From: Nitrospirota bacterium
GTDB lineage: Bacteria > Nitrospirota > Thermodesulfovibrionia > Thermodesulfovibrionales > JdFR-86
DNA length: 64,000 bases
Direction of reading: 5' to 3'
Assembly (NCBI GenBank): GCA_963721805.1
Contig: CAVRJY010000001.1
Span: 1,152,001 to 1,216,000 of the forward strand
Within the stretch, counting starts at the first letter, position 1. Each line of letters opens with the position of its first letter. This document shows, piece by piece, positions 61,799 through 64,000 of this stretch. The position numbers were made by a program, and so were the translations under genes. A model generated the notes under the pieces. The model had not been told where the DNA came from, did not search any database, and was given only the letters and a program-made list of their open reading frames with translations.

Positions 61799-63178
61799 GT
61801 GCTGCGTTATCAGGATATATTTGTCCCTGGAGGATTTCCTCATTATACTTATAGTTCGCGTATAGAATTGAAGCTTGAAGAGAAGCTGTCTGCTGTTAAA
61901 GAAAATTTATGTAAGCTTGTCGCAGTTACTGGGCAAACGAAATGCGGTAAAACCGTTCTTGCGCGAAAAGTTTTTCCACGAGATACTTCAATTTGGATAG
62001 ATGGAGGTACAGTTTCTGAGGAAAATCATTTCTGGCAAGTTATCGTTGACCAGCTAGATCTATTTCAGTTAGTAGGCAGAGAGGTCACGGAAGATTCGAC
62101 TAGTAAGTTTGGTGGCAAGGGAACAGCTGAAGCCAATTTCTTTGTCGCTAAAGGTTCTGGTGAGTTAAGTGCCGGAATAGAGAAATCTCATGGCTCATCG
62201 AAAAAAAGCAGTCGATCGTTATCCTCACGTGTCGTAGCTCTCCGTGGCTTGCGTATTAATATCCCACTGGTAATAGATGACTTTCACTACATCCCTCGCG
62301 AAATACAAGGAACTTTAATACGTGCTTTGAAACCCCTTATTTTCGATGGCCTGCCTGTTGTTATCATCGCCATCCCTCACCGTCGTTACGATGCGTTAAA
62401 AGTAGAGAAAGAAATGACTGGTAGAATCTCACCAATCGATATACCTACGTGGTCGGATACAGAGCTTCAATTTATCTCAAAAACTGGCTTTGAACTTCTT
62501 AATTATAGAGTATTATCAGGTTCCTCCGATCAGCATTCTTCGGAATCTGTTGGCAGTCCTTTATGGTCGGCGACAGATATGAAGAGCATTGCGGGAGCAG
62601 GTATTGGATTGCTTAATTACAGGGTACCTGCAGAGTTCGAAAAGCAACTTTCATCAGAATCTATTGGTAGTCCTCATCTGATGCAGGATTTTTGCCGTGG
62701 CCTATGCAAGCTGCTAAATATTTCGCATAAGAAGTCACCTGAAGTACTAGTGGTGAGCAGAAATCAAGTTGAAAAAGTTTTTCGGGATGTTGCAGAGACC
62801 ATTGGACGGCCAATATTCGAGAAGCTAGCACATGGACCTCGCCAGCGTACAGATCGTATTCAGCGGAGATTAAAGGATGGACGTACTGTAGATATATACG
62901 GATTAGTATTATCTGCACTTGCCTATATTAGACCAGGTTTGGTTAGTCTTGAGTATGAGGCGCTTCGCGCTGCAATCAAGGCTGTTTCGGCGGAGCATAT
63001 ACCTCAGTTGCATGAAGTTGAGCGTGTTCTAAAATACATGACTACTATTGCATCTACAGATCAGAGTTCATCACCAGTAATTGATTTTGATGGAGCAGAT
63101 AAAAGGCTGCATATAACGGATCCATTTTTTGCTTTTTATTTACGTTGGGGTGATATTTCAGAAGATGTTTTTGAGTGA
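61799..63178 (+). CDS. Orphan P-loop (AAA+/STAND-like) ATPase, AT-rich
   Basis: Walker A GQTKCGKT, Walker B LVIDDFH, GSPHLMQ, C-terminal DPFFAFYLRW; base composition clearly more AT-rich than the flanks. Confidence 0.85.
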   Translation: MLRYQDIFVPGGFPHYTYSSRIELKLEEKLSAVKENLCKLVAVTGQTKCGKTVLARKVFPRDTSIWIDGGTVSEENHFWQVIVDQLDLFQLVGREVTEDSTSKFGGKGTAEANFFVAKGSGELSAGIEKSHGSSKKSSRSLSSRVVALRGLRINIPLVIDDFHYIPREIQGTLIRALKPLIFDGLPVVIIAIPHRRYDALKVEKEMTGRISPIDIPTWSDTELQFISKTGFELLNYRVLSGSSDQHSSESVGSPLWSATDMKSIAGAGIGLLNYRVPAEFEKQLSSESIGSPHLMQDFCRGLCKLLNISHKKSPEVLVVSRNQVEKVFRDVAETIGRPIFEKLAHGPRQRTDRIQRRLKDGRTVDIYGLVLSALAYIRPGLVSLEYEALRAAIKAVSAEHIPQLHEVERVLKYMTTIASTDQSSSPVIDFDGADKRLHITDPFFAFYLRWGDISEDVFE

Positions 63179-63236
63179 AGTGTGTATTTGTAAACGCCTA
63201 CTGAAAGAGGTGAAAAGTAGACAATTTTGTTTTTCT

Positions 63237-63405
63237 AATCAATGCTGTTGACCGCTCGCACGATCACTCTGAAGCAGCTTAAAGCGCGATAAATCGCGTC
63301 AGACTAGGAACGACGAGGAAAACGTCCGCAAGTGTACTGAGACGTACTCTGGAGGACGGTTTCCGATGCCGTGACAACGTATCACGCGTATTTAGCGCGA
63401 CTTTC
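63237..63405 (-). repeat. Inner 29-bp module (63237-63265) plus palindromic repeat copy D (63281-63405); right arm of the ATPase cassette
   Basis: AATCAATGCTGTTGACCGCTCGCACGATC is 28/29 identical to the reverse complement of 61611-61639; AAAGCGCGATAAATCGCGTCAGAC matches the end of copy C. Confidence 0.88.
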
Positions 63406-63411
63406 AGAAAA

Positions 63412-64000
63412 CTACTCTCGGTCGCGACGTATCCCCATCTTCTCCGATAAAGAGTCGCCAAGTATATTGAAGCTCAGCGCCGCGAGCATTATCGCGAGGC
63501 CGGGGAAAACGGTCATCCACGGCGCGGACAGCATGTAAGATCTAGACGAGCTGATCATCGCGCCCCAGCTCGGCGACGGCGGCTGGGTGCCGAGCCCAAG
63601 GAAGCTCAGCGAGGCCTCGGTGAGTATGAACCCACCGACCTTGAGCCCCATCATAACGAGCCCAAGCGGTATGCACTGAGGAAGCAGGTGCACAGTGATG
63701 ATGCGCATATGCCCGCAGCCTATCGCGCGCGCCGCGTCAATGAACGGTTCAGAGCGGAGCTTCAGGACGTGGCTTCGGATCAGCCTCGCAAACGATGCCC
63801 ATCCGACCGAGGCTATCGCGATCATCGAGGTATAGGTGCCGGGCGGGAGCACGACCGCTATCCCGATAGCCAGCAGCAGCGAGGGGAACGAGAGCACGAG
63901 GTCGGCCATCGCGACGAGCGCGGTATCTACCCTTCCGCCGAAATACCCGGCGCTGAGCCCTACCGCAAGCCCGATGCCCAGCGATATCAGCGCCGCCAGA
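63412..64000 (-). CDS. Peptide/nickel ABC transporter permease (OppC/DppC family), 5' partial
   Basis: GYFGG..D, FIDAARAIG EAA loop, EASLSFLGLG, PSWG.MI. Confidence 0.92.
   Translation of the reverse strand, partial: LAALISLGIGLAVGLSAGYFGGRVDTALVAMADLVLSFPSLLLAIGIAVVLPPGTYTSMIAIASVGWASFARLIRSHVLKLRSEPFIDAARAIGCGHMRIITVHLLPQCIPLGLVMMGLKVGGFILTEASLSFLGLGTQPPSPSWGAMISSSRSYMLSAPWMTVFPGLAIMLAALSFNILGDSLSEKMGIRRDRE

Noticed and set aside
61471..63405. Hairpin repeats as classical integron attC sites or IS ends
   Set aside because: No RYYYAAC/GTTRRRY core ends, copies are inverted rather than direct, and no integrase, transposase or target-site duplication is visible.

Overview
GC-rich bacterial chromosomal window from a diderm organism. 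The gene content is compatible with Nitrospirota or Desulfobacterota, but taxonomy cannot be proven here. Layout: (1) 1-8.7 kb, the end of a surface-glycan locus (GDP-heptose pathway HddC-GmhB/HddA/GmhA, methyltransferase-TPR, sulfotransferase, rfbF/rfbG). (2) 8.7-26.2 kb, housekeeping genes (ROK kinase, lepA, lepB, ribE, ribBA, uppP, ftsK, metK, ahcY, pepF, rsmD, coaD). (3) 26.2-53.4 kb, a ~27-gene minus-strand type II FAS/PKS cluster of the aryl-polyene/'ladderane-cluster' type. It has 3 active KS, 2 CLF-like proteins, 3 ACPs, two B12-dependent radical SAM enzymes, a radical SAM/SPASM-hotdog fusion, a CrtI-like oxidoreductase, MMPL/LolA export and a PagL-like hydrolase, and runs directly on from ileS-lspA. 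(4) 53.4-64 kb, ileS, an EF-G paralogue, rseC, dksA with a histone-H1-like tail, an AT-rich orphan ATPase and an ABC permease. The most unusual non-coding signal is a ~125-145 bp hairpin-forming repeat present four times as two inverted pairs. Each pair brackets a single lower-GC cargo gene (DUF2769-like Cys-rich protein; ATPase), and no transposase or integrase is present in the window. Three single-base frameshifts (paaK-like, fusA paralogue, dksA) are probably sequencing errors. No rRNA, tRNA or CRISPR array was seen.
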